A stretch of DNA of 64,000 bases from positions 78,638 through 142,637 of the forward strand of contig JAGORR010000001.1 of the NCBI GenBank assembly GCA_018062765.1, read 5' to 3'. The stretch comes from Minisyncoccota bacterium (GTDB taxonomy: Bacteria; Patescibacteriota; Minisyncoccia; Phycocordibacterales; Phycocordibacteraceae). Within the stretch, counting starts at the first letter, position 1. Each line of letters opens with the position of its first letter. A model generated the notes under the pieces. The model was given only the letters and a program-made list of their open reading frames with translations, was not told the origin of the DNA and made no database searches. Positions 1 through 8,938 of the stretch are shown here, piece after piece. The translations under genes and the position numbers were made by a program.

Positions 1-424
1 TTTCTGCAGCAAGGTACGTGAATAGATTCCCGCTCGCACGCATCGCATATCGCACCTCGAGGTTCGAAAGCTGATCAGATGTCTCGAGGCTCGTCGTTGC
101 TGTGTCTGTCCGGCGCAATGCAACCGCTCCTTCGGCAACTGGCCCAGGAGTGATTTTCACGAGGCGGGGAGCAACATCCGTAGCGGTACCTCCCTCTCCA
201 GCGTCTTCGCCCCATCCGATTGTCCCCTCTTCAGGGTCGTCCCCTCCCCAGTCATCAACACCGCCACCGCCACCGGTTTCACCATCCCCTACTGGCTCGA
301 ACGGATTCGTGACGCCAGGTTCTGCAACGAGGCCGTCGTCGCCAGGTACTAGGTAGAAATAGAGCGCGACAGCGATCCCAACGAGGACGATGACGACGGC
401 GAGTATGGGAAGAAATTTACGCAT
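1..424 (-). CDS. hypothetical membrane-anchored protein, N-terminal part only (gene runs off window start)
   Basis: ATG at 424-422. Manual translation MRKFLPILAVVIVLVGIAVALYFYLVPGDDG... stays open down to position 2. One N-terminal TM helix, then a Gly/Asp/Glu-rich linker. Starts 4 nt after the stop of the upstream gene (428). Absent from the ORF track because it has no in-window stop. Confidence 0.5.
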   Translation of the reverse strand, partial: MRKFLPILAVVIVLVGIAVALYFYLVPGDDGLVAEPGVTNPFEPVGDGETGGGGGVDDWGGDDPEEGTIGWGEDAGEGGTATDVAPRLVKITPGPVAEGAVALRRTDTATTSLETSDQLSNLEVRYAMRASGNLFTYLAAE

Positions 425-427
425 AGG

Positions 428-1447
428 CTATTGGTCTCGGGACGAACGGCACCACTTATCGTCTTCGAAGTAGTTGCAGATCCGTGTGCGCTCTGGAGGA
501 AGAGGATTGAGGTCCATGTCGAGCGCTGAGTCGTGTCCTCCGCCTTGGCAGGAATCGTCTATCCCGTAAGCAAAAAGCGTACTCGGGCAAAGGCCGAATT
601 CGGCAAAGCCGCCGCAGAAGTCTTGCTGCTTTTCCTCGCTCAAGCCGACTTTCGCGTATCCGTACGAGGAGAGCTTACTGCACTCGGAAATGAGCGTCGC
701 ATTCTTTTGGCTATCAGTAACGTTGGATACTCGTATCGTCGGATTATTGTCCTGATAGAAGAATCCGTCGAAATCCATGTAGAGGCCGAAACCGGTCTCG
801 AGCCTGCACACGGCGAGTACCCCGTTTGCAACTACGTGGTGGTCGAACTCGTAATCGCCTTCGGAACATCGCTGGCTCCGGAACTCCTCGAGTTTCGCCG
901 AGAGGCTCGCATCGTCGGATGCAGGGAAGAGTTTCGCTCGTACGTAAACGCCATTAGGAATCAAATCTATCCCCTCAGGAGGAACGGGCGGGCCTTCATC
1001 TGTGCGATCGGAAAAATCAGGCTGCAGCTCCTCAAGACTCCCTTCGCATTCCGCGTTTCCAGTAAGACTCAGCGAGAGAATGCACGGGTTGATGATATTG
1101 AAGACGATGACTGGGGACAGGACCAATACGAGTCCCATGATGGCTACCGTAATGAGGTGGCGCGCCTGGCTCTTTTCCGTGAAGCTGTCCGTAAGCATCC
1201 ACAGAATGCCGCCGCGTACTATCTGCAGCACCGCAAGCACCACCGCAATGCCTATGACGAGCGTGTAGACCGTATTAAGGAACATTGGCAGATTGTCCTG
1301 CTCTTCGGCAAGCGCGCCGAACGGCCCGTCCTTCTCGGTAAGTAGAACGAAATCACCAGCTGCATCCTGTGCGGACGCCGCAAGAGGCAGCATGAAGGCG
1401 CCAAGGGCGAGGAGTGCGCGCGAAAGCATCTTCATAAGGTATCTCAT
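428..1447 (-). CDS. secreted/membrane Cys-rich hypothetical protein
   Basis: 339-aa ORF with a signal-like N-terminus (LLALGAFMLPLAASAQ), internal hydrophobic helices and a Cys-rich C-terminal half. ATGA-type overlap with the upstream gene at 1444-1447. No family recognised. Confidence 0.6.
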   Translation of the reverse strand: MRYLMKMLSRALLALGAFMLPLAASAQDAAGDFVLLTEKDGPFGALAEEQDNLPMFLNTVYTLVIGIAVVLAVLQIVRGGILWMLTDSFTEKSQARHLITVAIMGLVLVLSPVIVFNIINPCILSLSLTGNAECEGSLEELQPDFSDRTDEGPPVPPEGIDLIPNGVYVRAKLFPASDDASLSAKLEEFRSQRCSEGDYEFDHHVVANGVLAVCRLETGFGLYMDFDGFFYQDNNPTIRVSNVTDSQKNATLISECSKLSSYGYAKVGLSEEKQQDFCGGFAEFGLCPSTLFAYGIDDSCQGGGHDSALDMDLNPLPPERTRICNYFEDDKWCRSSRDQ

Positions 1448-2469
1448 AGGCCGAAGAATCCTGAATCAGGACTTGAGCCGTACCGGATACTCGCCTTCGC
1501 GTCGGCACTGTAGTATTCTCCCGCCTGCCGCGCATTTACCGAAAGTGCAGCTACGCCAGCCTCGCTCCCCGTCGTGCGCACGGTAATAGAGTCCTCCTGA
1601 CCGACTTCACTCGACCCCAACTTCCAGGTAAGCGTTGGACGACTCGAAAAAAAGTATGGAACGACCCGGAATGCTTCTTCGGTCTCTTTTAGGTCGTATG
1701 TGCCAGTAACTGCGCGCAAGAAACGAGGGCCTTCAAGTGGTCCGTCCTTATAGATGCGCACCAAGGGCTCGGTTGGCGCGATGCGCACGCTCGCTTCCCC
1801 GACGATAGCGCCGTCCCGACTCGAAACGGTCAGTGATACGCTCGCGTCACGGAACAGGACGGGAGCTGTTGCGGTGAGTACCGATTTCCCGAGCCCTGAA
1901 TCCGCGGTGAGGATGCGCCCGCCGGACTTCCAGGTATAGATAAGATCAGAGGATGCGATACGGGACCCGGGTGACGTCCGCAAGTCCGCAAGTGCAACGA
2001 CGCGCACCCGGCCCTCAGGAGCGACGAGCGCTCCACCCTGATAGAACGCGTGGGACGTGGAGATTGCGTCTATAACTAAAGAAACATCGGCGGGTCGTAT
2101 GGTGAGTTCCTCCGTGTAGACGCCGTCGGGCGCCGTCACCGTTACCTTCACTGGTACGCTCGTACCTATTGCGCCGATAGGAATCTGGTAGCTTTCCCGA
2201 CCGGAACCGCGACCGACCTCCTTCCCCGCCGCGACAACTACCACCGTGCTGCCCGAAAGATCGACTAACGTACTTTGTGGTGTGAGCGTAACGGTCTCGT
2301 ATGGGCGCGGGTAGCGCGGCGAGAGGGTTACGGTAAGCGGATCGACGCCGCTCATCGATTGCGAGGCAGCGAAAACCGGCACGAGCAGGATGAGGAGTGT
2401 GAGAAACCCTCGTATCATCGAGATAAGTATACCGTAGGCGTCAGTAGTTACGCTGCTTGCTGCGCCCAT
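1444..2469 (-). CDS. N-terminally anchored hypothetical protein (beta-rich)
   Basis: 341-aa ORF with a hydrophobic anchor (FLTLLILLVPVFAASQS) and a Thr/Val/Ser-rich body. Overlaps both neighbours. No family recognised. Confidence 0.6.
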   Translation of the reverse strand: MGAASSVTTDAYGILISMIRGFLTLLILLVPVFAASQSMSGVDPLTVTLSPRYPRPYETVTLTPQSTLVDLSGSTVVVVAAGKEVGRGSGRESYQIPIGAIGTSVPVKVTVTAPDGVYTEELTIRPADVSLVIDAISTSHAFYQGGALVAPEGRVRVVALADLRTSPGSRIASSDLIYTWKSGGRILTADSGLGKSVLTATAPVLFRDASVSLTVSSRDGAIVGEASVRIAPTEPLVRIYKDGPLEGPRFLRAVTGTYDLKETEEAFRVVPYFFSSRPTLTWKLGSSEVGQEDSITVRTTGSEAGVAALSVNARQAGEYYSADAKASIRYGSSPDSGFFGL

Positions 2470-3023
2470 TCCTCGTTATCGTTTGCCGCCGCATCCCTCG
2501 CTATGCTCGCCTCTTCGGCAGCAAGCCACCTGTCATATTTCTTACGGGCTTCCCTGTCGTCGCTACGGACGGTCTGTGTTATCGCCCAAATGCTCATTGT
2601 CGACCATGGTAATACGTTCACATACGGAAGGAATTCGAGAATGCTATTGCCAGCCATGATGAATATGCGTGCCCCCATCTTATCGAGGAAGCCGACACCT
2701 ATAAGACGGAACCATGCGATAAAGACCAGTATCGATATAGCGCTTAGAGCCGCACCGATAATCCAGCCAAGCATTGCGATGCCCACTCCCACTCCCACCG
2801 AGTAGGACGCCACTAACGAGAGACTTGAGACGTAGCAGGCGACGTCTCCAGCCCACACACTCCCTGCCCAACCCTCGACCCAATATTTCGCAAAATAACA
2901 GATCAGTAGGGGCGCAAACACTACCATCAGGGCCCCTATAGTCTGAAGCATTTCAAACGTTAAAGCTACCGCGATCATCCGTATCTGACGGCCGCGCGGC
3001 ATCTTTGGTTCTGGTTTATTCAT
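2448..3023 (-). CDS. small polytopic membrane protein, T4SS-associated by position
   Basis: 191 aa with about four hydrophobic helices. 4-nt overlap with the stop of the VirB4-like gene (3020-3023). Confidence 0.6.
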   Translation of the reverse strand: MNKPEPKMPRGRQIRMIAVALTFEMLQTIGALMVVFAPLLICYFAKYWVEGWAGSVWAGDVACYVSSLSLVASYSVGVGVGIAMLGWIIGAALSAISILVFIAWFRLIGVGFLDKMGARIFIMAGNSILEFLPYVNVLPWSTMSIWAITQTVRSDDREARKKYDRWLAAEEASIARDAAANDNEEWAQQAA

Positions 3024-4852
3024 GGACGGCGGTCCTGGTCCGCTTCAGCAGCGAGCCGTTGTTTTTCCCGTTTGATTGAAAGAATCTGAGAAGGGTCCGA
3101 GGTGATTATCTGGTCCTCCGTGTATGAGGCGACAACCTTGATGGCAACATGCTTGAGGCCAGCAAAGAATAGCCCGTCCCCCACCCCAGCCTCTAGTAGG
3201 AGGAATTTTTCCTGGTCAGTAAGGTTGAATGTTTGCTTCAGGAGATCAATCGTCGTTGGCGACTGCTTCAAAAGAAGCTGCATGGAAGAGTTTGTGAGTA
3301 TCGGGCGCCCATATGGTGAGCGGAGGAAGTCCTCGACGTCCTGGGTAACGGTTGCGAGCCCTAAATAGTATTTACGACCGCGCTTGGCGAGACTGTAGAG
3401 GAATGACGCGGTGTCATCCGATTTCATCATCCACCAAGCCTCGTCGATGACGAGAAGACGCTTTCTCAGCTCGCGCCGTACGGCGTTCCAGATGTAGTGC
3501 GTAATGATATACATCGCAACCGGTTTCAGTTCATCCTCCATATCACGCACCGAGAAGACGATGAACTGCTTATTGATATCGATATTCGTCGGCTGATTCA
3601 GGAAGCCGGCCCAAGTACCCTTTGTGTATTTCGACAGACGCGTCACGAGGGATTCGCTTCCCTCCATCCCGGAGAGTACTGATTCGAAATCCGATAGGAG
3701 CGGTGCGTCCATCCCAGTGAAGTCGCGATTCCCGGTGATGTCCTTAAGGGCATAGGTTTCCGTAATAGCGCGATCGATGATGGCGTCCTCCTCCGGCGTG
3801 AGTCCCCCGAGCATGATGCGGAAGAGACCGACGAGGTTGATGATGACCGAACGCAATATGTCGTTTGGCTCCTCCCCTTCCCGCACGGGCGGAAGATCGA
3901 AAGGATTGATGTGATGCTCCGAGGAAAGCGAGATGTTGAAAAGGCGGCCGCCTGTTGCCTCCGCAAGGTATTCGTACTCGCGCTCAGGGTCGATGACGAT
4001 GACTTCTGTATCGAACATAAGCGAACGGAGAATTTCGAGCTTCACTGCGTAGGATTTTCCGGAGCCCGACTTCGCGAATACGACCGAGTTGTAGTTCTCT
4101 AGAGAGAATCGGTCGAAGAGGACGAGGGATGAGTTGTGGCGGTTGATGCCGTAGAGGATGCCCTTATCGGAGGTGAGGTCGTAGGAGACGAACGGGAATA
4201 GAGAAGAGAGAGGTGAGGTATTGAGTTTCGAATGGACGCCTAGCTCGTCGAGCTCCAGGGGAAGCGTTGAGCGGAAGCCCTGCTCCTGCTGGAATATCGC
4301 AGGCTTTGTGTATACGAGTTTAGCGTCGAGGATACCTCGTAATTTTCCTTCAAGATTATCGAGCTCGTCCTTACTGTCTGCGTAAATGGTTAGGTACAGT
4401 CCGACCTCAAACAAGCGCTCCTGTGCCTGCTGCAGCTGGTCCCGTAGACGCTCCAGGTCCTGGTATGAGGTATCGAGCATTGGGTCGCGCACAAGACCTT
4501 TTTGCGCGCGGTCGGCCTGCTGGCTCTCCACTTCCGCGACTTTCTTCTGGAACTGGCGAAGGATCTGGCCCGTCTCTATGGGGTGGATGAAGATGCCGAC
4601 ATCGAATACTTGGTCCAAATTAATAACCGGGGAAAACCAGTCGTCGGACAAAAACCGCGGATACGAGATGGTGTAAAAGGAGCGCGCAAACTTGGCGCCA
4701 AGCTCCAATTCCCTGCCGGTGACCTTGAGTGCTGCTGGCGCGATAGTGTCCGCCAGGTCTAAGGCTCCCTCTGCATAGATATCCTTAGGAAGCACAGACG
4801 CGATGTCTGGCGCCTCTTCTTTCTTACGGTTAAGGAAATCGAGGAGTGCCAT
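3020..4852 (-). CDS. virB4: VirB4/TrsE-type type IV secretion ATPase
   Basis: Walker A FAKSGSGKSYAV and Walker B RLLVIDEAWWMM, with the layout of Gram-positive VirB4-type conjugation ATPases. Start set at ATG 4852 (MALLDFLNRK), because the 14 extra codons of the tracked ORF (to 4894) lie inside a heptamer-repeat spacer. Confidence 0.85.
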   Translation of the reverse strand: MALLDFLNRKKEEAPDIASVLPKDIYAEGALDLADTIAPAALKVTGRELELGAKFARSFYTISYPRFLSDDWFSPVINLDQVFDVGIFIHPIETGQILRQFQKKVAEVESQQADRAQKGLVRDPMLDTSYQDLERLRDQLQQAQERLFEVGLYLTIYADSKDELDNLEGKLRGILDAKLVYTKPAIFQQEQGFRSTLPLELDELGVHSKLNTSPLSSLFPFVSYDLTSDKGILYGINRHNSSLVLFDRFSLENYNSVVFAKSGSGKSYAVKLEILRSLMFDTEVIVIDPEREYEYLAEATGGRLFNISLSSEHHINPFDLPPVREGEEPNDILRSVIINLVGLFRIMLGGLTPEEDAIIDRAITETYALKDITGNRDFTGMDAPLLSDFESVLSGMEGSESLVTRLSKYTKGTWAGFLNQPTNIDINKQFIVFSVRDMEDELKPVAMYIITHYIWNAVRRELRKRLLVIDEAWWMMKSDDTASFLYSLAKRGRKYYLGLATVTQDVEDFLRSPYGRPILTNSSMQLLLKQSPTTIDLLKQTFNLTDQEKFLLLEAGVGDGLFFAGLKHVAIKVVASYTEDQIITSDPSQILSIKREKQRLAAEADQDRRP

Positions 4853-4860
4853 ACTAGAAG

Positions 4861-4944
4861 TAGCGTACAGGTGACAGCGTGCAGCGTACAGCAAAAGCGG
4901 TGCAGGAGTGTTCAGTCTGGACGCTAGCCGCTAGACGCTTCATA
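4861..4944. repeat. 7-nt periodic tract filling the spacer upstream of virB4-like gene
   Basis: Read in register: TAGCGTA CAGGTGA CAGCGTG CAGCGTA CAGCAAA AGCGGTG CAGGAGT GTTCAGT CTGGACG CTAGCCG CTAGACG CTTCATA. Confidence 0.8.
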
Positions 4945-5577
4945 TCATTTTGTAAGCCTTATCGGGCTATCGAGCTCGCCGATGTTGAATGAGCGGTAGA
5001 GAAGCTCGATGATTTCCTCAGTGCCTAGGGGTACTGCGCGAATACCGGCCGAGTTTATGGCGCCTGCAGCCAGGGACATGCGCTGCTCGAGCTGGATGCG
5101 ATGCTCAGCGAATGCGTCGTTCCCTTCCCCGCCAGACCCGGATGACGGAGTGCGCTGGAGGAACGCGAGCGCACTCTTCACTTCCGAACCCGAGCCAGGT
5201 GCCAAAGGAACGACGATGTAGAATGTCTTCGTCATGATGTTTGCTTGATCAGCGAACGCGCGGACGAATTCCATGTATTCGCGTACCTGTATCTTCATGA
5301 GCTCGGTTTCCTGCTTATCTGTGCGCTCCTGAAGGAGTGCTAGGTACGGCCGGATATCCATGCGGCGGGAGTGCACAACAAGCTCCACGGAAAAATCGAG
5401 CGAATTGAGGAAGGTCTGGAATCCGCCGATGACCGCCCGCTGCTCGTCGTCGGATTTCAAGGAGAAGTTCACTGATGAGCACATGAGTATGCCCCGATAC
5501 GTGCCGTCCTTAAGGATGATGACCCCATTACGGACCTCCTTTACTGGAACAAACGACTGAGATGCTTTAGGCGCCAT
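4945..5577 (-). CDS. hypothetical protein, T4SS-associated
   Basis: 210 aa with an 11-nt overlap with the PrgI-like gene. The N-terminal pattern VPVKEVRNGVIILKDGTYRGILMCSSVNFSLKSDDEQ recalls the pre-ATPase region of Gram-positive VirB4 proteins (recollection, not a search). Confidence 0.6.
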   Translation of the reverse strand: MAPKASQSFVPVKEVRNGVIILKDGTYRGILMCSSVNFSLKSDDEQRAVIGGFQTFLNSLDFSVELVVHSRRMDIRPYLALLQERTDKQETELMKIQVREYMEFVRAFADQANIMTKTFYIVVPLAPGSGSEVKSALAFLQRTPSSGSGGEGNDAFAEHRIQLEQRMSLAAGAINSAGIRAVPLGTEEIIELLYRSFNIGELDSPIRLTK

Positions 5578-5986
5578 GGTTTTCTTCCTGCGTGCGGTCC
5601 TTTATATCGAGGGACCATGCTAGGTCCCGAATCTTCGAGGACGACAGCCCGAGCTTCTGGCGGGCTTCTTCTGGGGCGACGACAGCTTTGGGTGCTTCTT
5701 GCGCCTTATCCTCCTTACGCCATACGTAGAGTTTCCCGCCAAACAGGTACGACACCTGTGCCTCGACAATCTCAACGAACGGCTTGTTGTTGACGCGATA
5801 GAACGCGAGGGCGCCAGAGAGTGCGCCGACGGGAAGTGCCACGATGAGGAACCCAATCATGGGAAGGTAGGCAAACGCGATGACGCAGATACCGATGCCT
5901 CCGGCAAGGTATATGAACTGCTTCAGCGTGAATGGTCCAAATATCTTCCCTTCCACTTCGAGAAACTGCGGTACTTGGTACTCCAT
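5567..5986 (-). CDS. PrgI-like (VirB3-like) T4SS membrane protein
   Basis: 139 aa: MEYQVPQFLEVEGKIFGPFTLKQFIYL followed by two adjacent TM helices. This is the PrgI-family pattern, in the prgI-like position upstream of VirB4. Confidence 0.65.
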   Translation of the reverse strand: MEYQVPQFLEVEGKIFGPFTLKQFIYLAGGIGICVIAFAYLPMIGFLIVALPVGALSGALAFYRVNNKPFVEIVEAQVSYLFGGKLYVWRKEDKAQEAPKAVVAPEEARQKLGLSSSKIRDLAWSLDIKDRTQEENHGA

Positions 5987-6026
5987 CGCTCTATAGTATA
6001 CCGCCCGAGCGCCGAGTTTTGCGTGG

Positions 6027-6635
6027 TTATTGTGACGTACCCTCGTCTATGGGTTCACGATACGGGTCGCGAGCATAATTTTTTGGTACAGGAGCCGGAA
6101 GTGGCGCGATAGACGCAGGTGTTGTGACTTCACGCTCTGTTCGAGGGAGGCGGGGCTCGAAGACTGCTGGAGGTGTCACCGGCTCAGGGCGCGGCGCGGG
6201 AGGAGCAACAGGAGCAGAAGTTATCACAGGTGCAAGCGGCGCGGCTGGAGCGATTGGAGCAGTGGGTGGAGGAGTGGTGCCAAGAGGTGCAGGCACGTCG
6301 GTGAGTGGCGCGCGCGCAGGCTTCCCGGCCTCGCTCCGCATCTTCTCGTGGAGGGGCTTGAATATCGCGTCATTAAGTTCCTTGGCGATGAGAGAGGCTT
6401 TCAGATTAGATATGCCCATCTGCTCCATCTCCTGTATGAGCTGTGCAGGATTGATGAATCCGGACAACATAAGTCCAATGGACTCATCCAAGTCGCCTAC
6501 GACGTCTATGTGTAACTGGTACTTTGCACCTATGCGGCGCACTGCTGGCCCTAATTCACCGCTCGCGAGGTACTCACGAACAGAAAGAGGAAGACCGCGA
6601 TATGCCCGCAAAAGTTCTTCGTGTGGAATCTTCAT
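6027..6635 (-). CDS. hypothetical protein with Pro/Ala-rich C-terminus
   Basis: 202 aa with a helical N-terminal domain followed by PPPTAPIAPAAPLAPV... No family recognised. Confidence 0.55.
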   Translation of the reverse strand: MKIPHEELLRAYRGLPLSVREYLASGELGPAVRRIGAKYQLHIDVVGDLDESIGLMLSGFINPAQLIQEMEQMGISNLKASLIAKELNDAIFKPLHEKMRSEAGKPARAPLTDVPAPLGTTPPPTAPIAPAAPLAPVITSAPVAPPAPRPEPVTPPAVFEPRLPRTEREVTTPASIAPLPAPVPKNYARDPYREPIDEGTSQ

Positions 6636-6641
6636 AGAGAG

Positions 6642-8933
6642 CTATAGTCCTGCAAAATCTTTCGGAAGCCCGAACAGACCGCGATCGAAATCATTACTCG
6701 TAAGATAATTATTGATACCTTCTATTTGCTTGGCGGAAAGTACGCCCGCAGCCTTACCTCGTCGAAGTTCAGCGATAACTTCCGCAGGGTCTGAGAACTT
6801 ACCCTCCGCCATACCTCGTTGCAAGTCGACTTGCGTGAAAGAATGCACGACAGCAGGTCGGGTATAGTCTTTAGCGCTTAGTTTGACCTTTGCCTTAGGC
6901 CCAAGACCGCTCGCCTGAGTCCTGATATTCACCTGTGATGCGGCTGATCCGTCGTCTTTCTCTATTAAGACGCGTAATTTACCAAAGTCCGATGAGTCCT
7001 TAACTGCGCGGCGTTGGTCATTGGTCAAGGCCTCACTCTTTTCAAGTGCCTCCAACTGTTCGTCGGAGAATTGGCCAGCAGCAAGCGCGTCTTCGAATGT
7101 CGCCGCGTTAAGCTTCGCAAACTCTGCCATATCCTTTGATGACCAGCGTTGTACCTCCTTCTTATCGTTTGTACCAATGGCCGCCACGAGTTTTTGGAAT
7201 CGCCCGCCTGCAACTTCGTCCTTAACGCTCTGATCGACCTTGTCGGTCTTCTGAATGTCGATGAACCGTTCAGTGCTGAGGTATTTCGCCGCCTCCTGTT
7301 TATCTGCATTTTTGAGTCTTTTGACGTACTCGAACGTGTCTCCCTGGTTCAGGCTCTGCAGGGTCTTCGAATACTCTTTCTCGGCTAGCATCCGCTTTGC
7401 ATCATCAGGCGCATCTTTTATGCTCTTAAGCTGCGTGCCAAGAGTGCTGAACGTGTGATCGCGATGAACTTCATGCGCGCGATGGTCACGCGCATGTTTC
7501 TCGTCATCCAGAGAAACACCAGCTACTTTTATTTTCTCGCGCTTATCGAGCGCGGATTGGATATTGGCGTCCGTCGTCGCAAGTATCTTGCTTCCTCTAA
7601 ACGCGGCGCCTATGCCAAGGCCATTATATGCCTTATCTGCCGCCCACATTCCAGCCTTCGCGCCATACCTAAGCCCCGTATTCCCTATCGCACGAGAAGG
7701 TTTTGATATTGGAGAGAGCGCTGCGCCGGTAAGACGTCGGCTCATGCCGATGGAGAAGCTCGCGCCGACCGCACCCATCTGTTTGGCGACAATGATGGAC
7801 GCCATAAGCATTCCCATGGAGATAACGAAGCCGAGTATCATTCGGGTCGTATTGGCCCAACCGGTGCCGCTGACGAGCGCGCTGAAATCGCGACTCTGTC
7901 CGATGATGAGCTGCGGCGAGGTCATCAGCGTCACACTGATGAGGAGGAACAGGAGGACAATAGGAGCAGTCGCGCTTTGGGCGATGAGCATGTGCCACCA
8001 CTGCTTCGCGCGCCCCTCTAGGGATGGTATGACCAGTCCAACGAAGCCGAGAGGGGACAGGATCATGAGGAATATGAGTACGAGGAAGCGCGCGATGAGC
8101 ATAAACGCGAGCGCAAGCATTACGAACGTAGCGACGATGAACAGGAGCGAGCCTAGTATGAGCGCAGCGAACCAGTTGTTCTCCAGCACCGTATTCTTAA
8201 GCTGCCCCGTCTGAAGCGTAGTTGCATCATAGAAATTCTGAAGTCCGACCATCTCCATAATGGCGTTCGAGACGCCCTCATTAGATGGCGACCAGCTTTC
8301 CCCCGGATCCGCGCCGAGCGCTTGCCTGCCCTCTCCGGGCTTCACCATGACGGAGTAGAACTGATAGGCGAACACGTTGCCAACGTCGATGATGGCGCGT
8401 GCAGCGAAGAGGCTGAAATTCACGGTAACGGCGACCAGGATGAGCTTCACGAGCATCTTCTTCGCGTTGTAACTCTGTACGTCGAGTATCGTCGCGACGC
8501 CGATAGCGACGAATCCGAATATGAGCGCAATGTTACCAAGATCGCGTAGCACCCTCCATGCATCGAGTATGCCGGGCATGCTATTCACGAAATCCCCCAT
8601 CTTAACGACTGTGTAGTAGACGGACGCGTTAAGCATCACGCCGGCGACTCCGGCGAGGTACGCGAACAGGGATAGCATCTTATACCCTATGGGTCCGTAG
8701 ATATCGTCTCCGGTCGTATGACTTCCAAAATTAGCGTTCGCGTCAGGGGTCCCTGCTTGCGGGGCAGCAGGAGGAGGACGATCCGGAAGCGTCAGATCAG
8801 GGGGCGAGTCCGGGGTCACTTCAGGAGGTGGAGGTGTCTGGGCAAATGCGAGACTAGGAAGCAGGAGCGAAAGCGAAAGCAGCAGGATGATACCTGCAGC
8901 CAGCCATGTCCTACCTGATACTCGGGAAGCCAT
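6642..8933 (-). CDS. large polytopic membrane protein, VirB6/TrbL-like by topology and position
   Basis: 763 aa: signal-like N-terminus, Pro-rich linker, roughly 7-9 hydrophobic helices (residues ~85-400) and a long charged soluble C-terminus. The family assignment is inference. Confidence 0.55.
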   Translation of the reverse strand: MASRVSGRTWLAAGIILLLSLSLLLPSLAFAQTPPPPEVTPDSPPDLTLPDRPPPAAPQAGTPDANANFGSHTTGDDIYGPIGYKMLSLFAYLAGVAGVMLNASVYYTVVKMGDFVNSMPGILDAWRVLRDLGNIALIFGFVAIGVATILDVQSYNAKKMLVKLILVAVTVNFSLFAARAIIDVGNVFAYQFYSVMVKPGEGRQALGADPGESWSPSNEGVSNAIMEMVGLQNFYDATTLQTGQLKNTVLENNWFAALILGSLLFIVATFVMLALAFMLIARFLVLIFLMILSPLGFVGLVIPSLEGRAKQWWHMLIAQSATAPIVLLFLLISVTLMTSPQLIIGQSRDFSALVSGTGWANTTRMILGFVISMGMLMASIIVAKQMGAVGASFSIGMSRRLTGAALSPISKPSRAIGNTGLRYGAKAGMWAADKAYNGLGIGAAFRGSKILATTDANIQSALDKREKIKVAGVSLDDEKHARDHRAHEVHRDHTFSTLGTQLKSIKDAPDDAKRMLAEKEYSKTLQSLNQGDTFEYVKRLKNADKQEAAKYLSTERFIDIQKTDKVDQSVKDEVAGGRFQKLVAAIGTNDKKEVQRWSSKDMAEFAKLNAATFEDALAAGQFSDEQLEALEKSEALTNDQRRAVKDSSDFGKLRVLIEKDDGSAASQVNIRTQASGLGPKAKVKLSAKDYTRPAVVHSFTQVDLQRGMAEGKFSDPAEVIAELRRGKAAGVLSAKQIEGINNYLTSNDFDRGLFGLPKDFAGL

Positions 8934-8938
8934 ATCGG

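Noticed and set aside
533-1345. 270-aa + ORF opposite the first complete operon gene. Similar antisense ORFs lie opposite recJ (54362..55417 -), fusA (62969..63661 -), xerC (21468..21956 -) and others.
   Set aside because: The opposite strand has better-supported genes (operon context, motifs). No features support the antisense ORFs.
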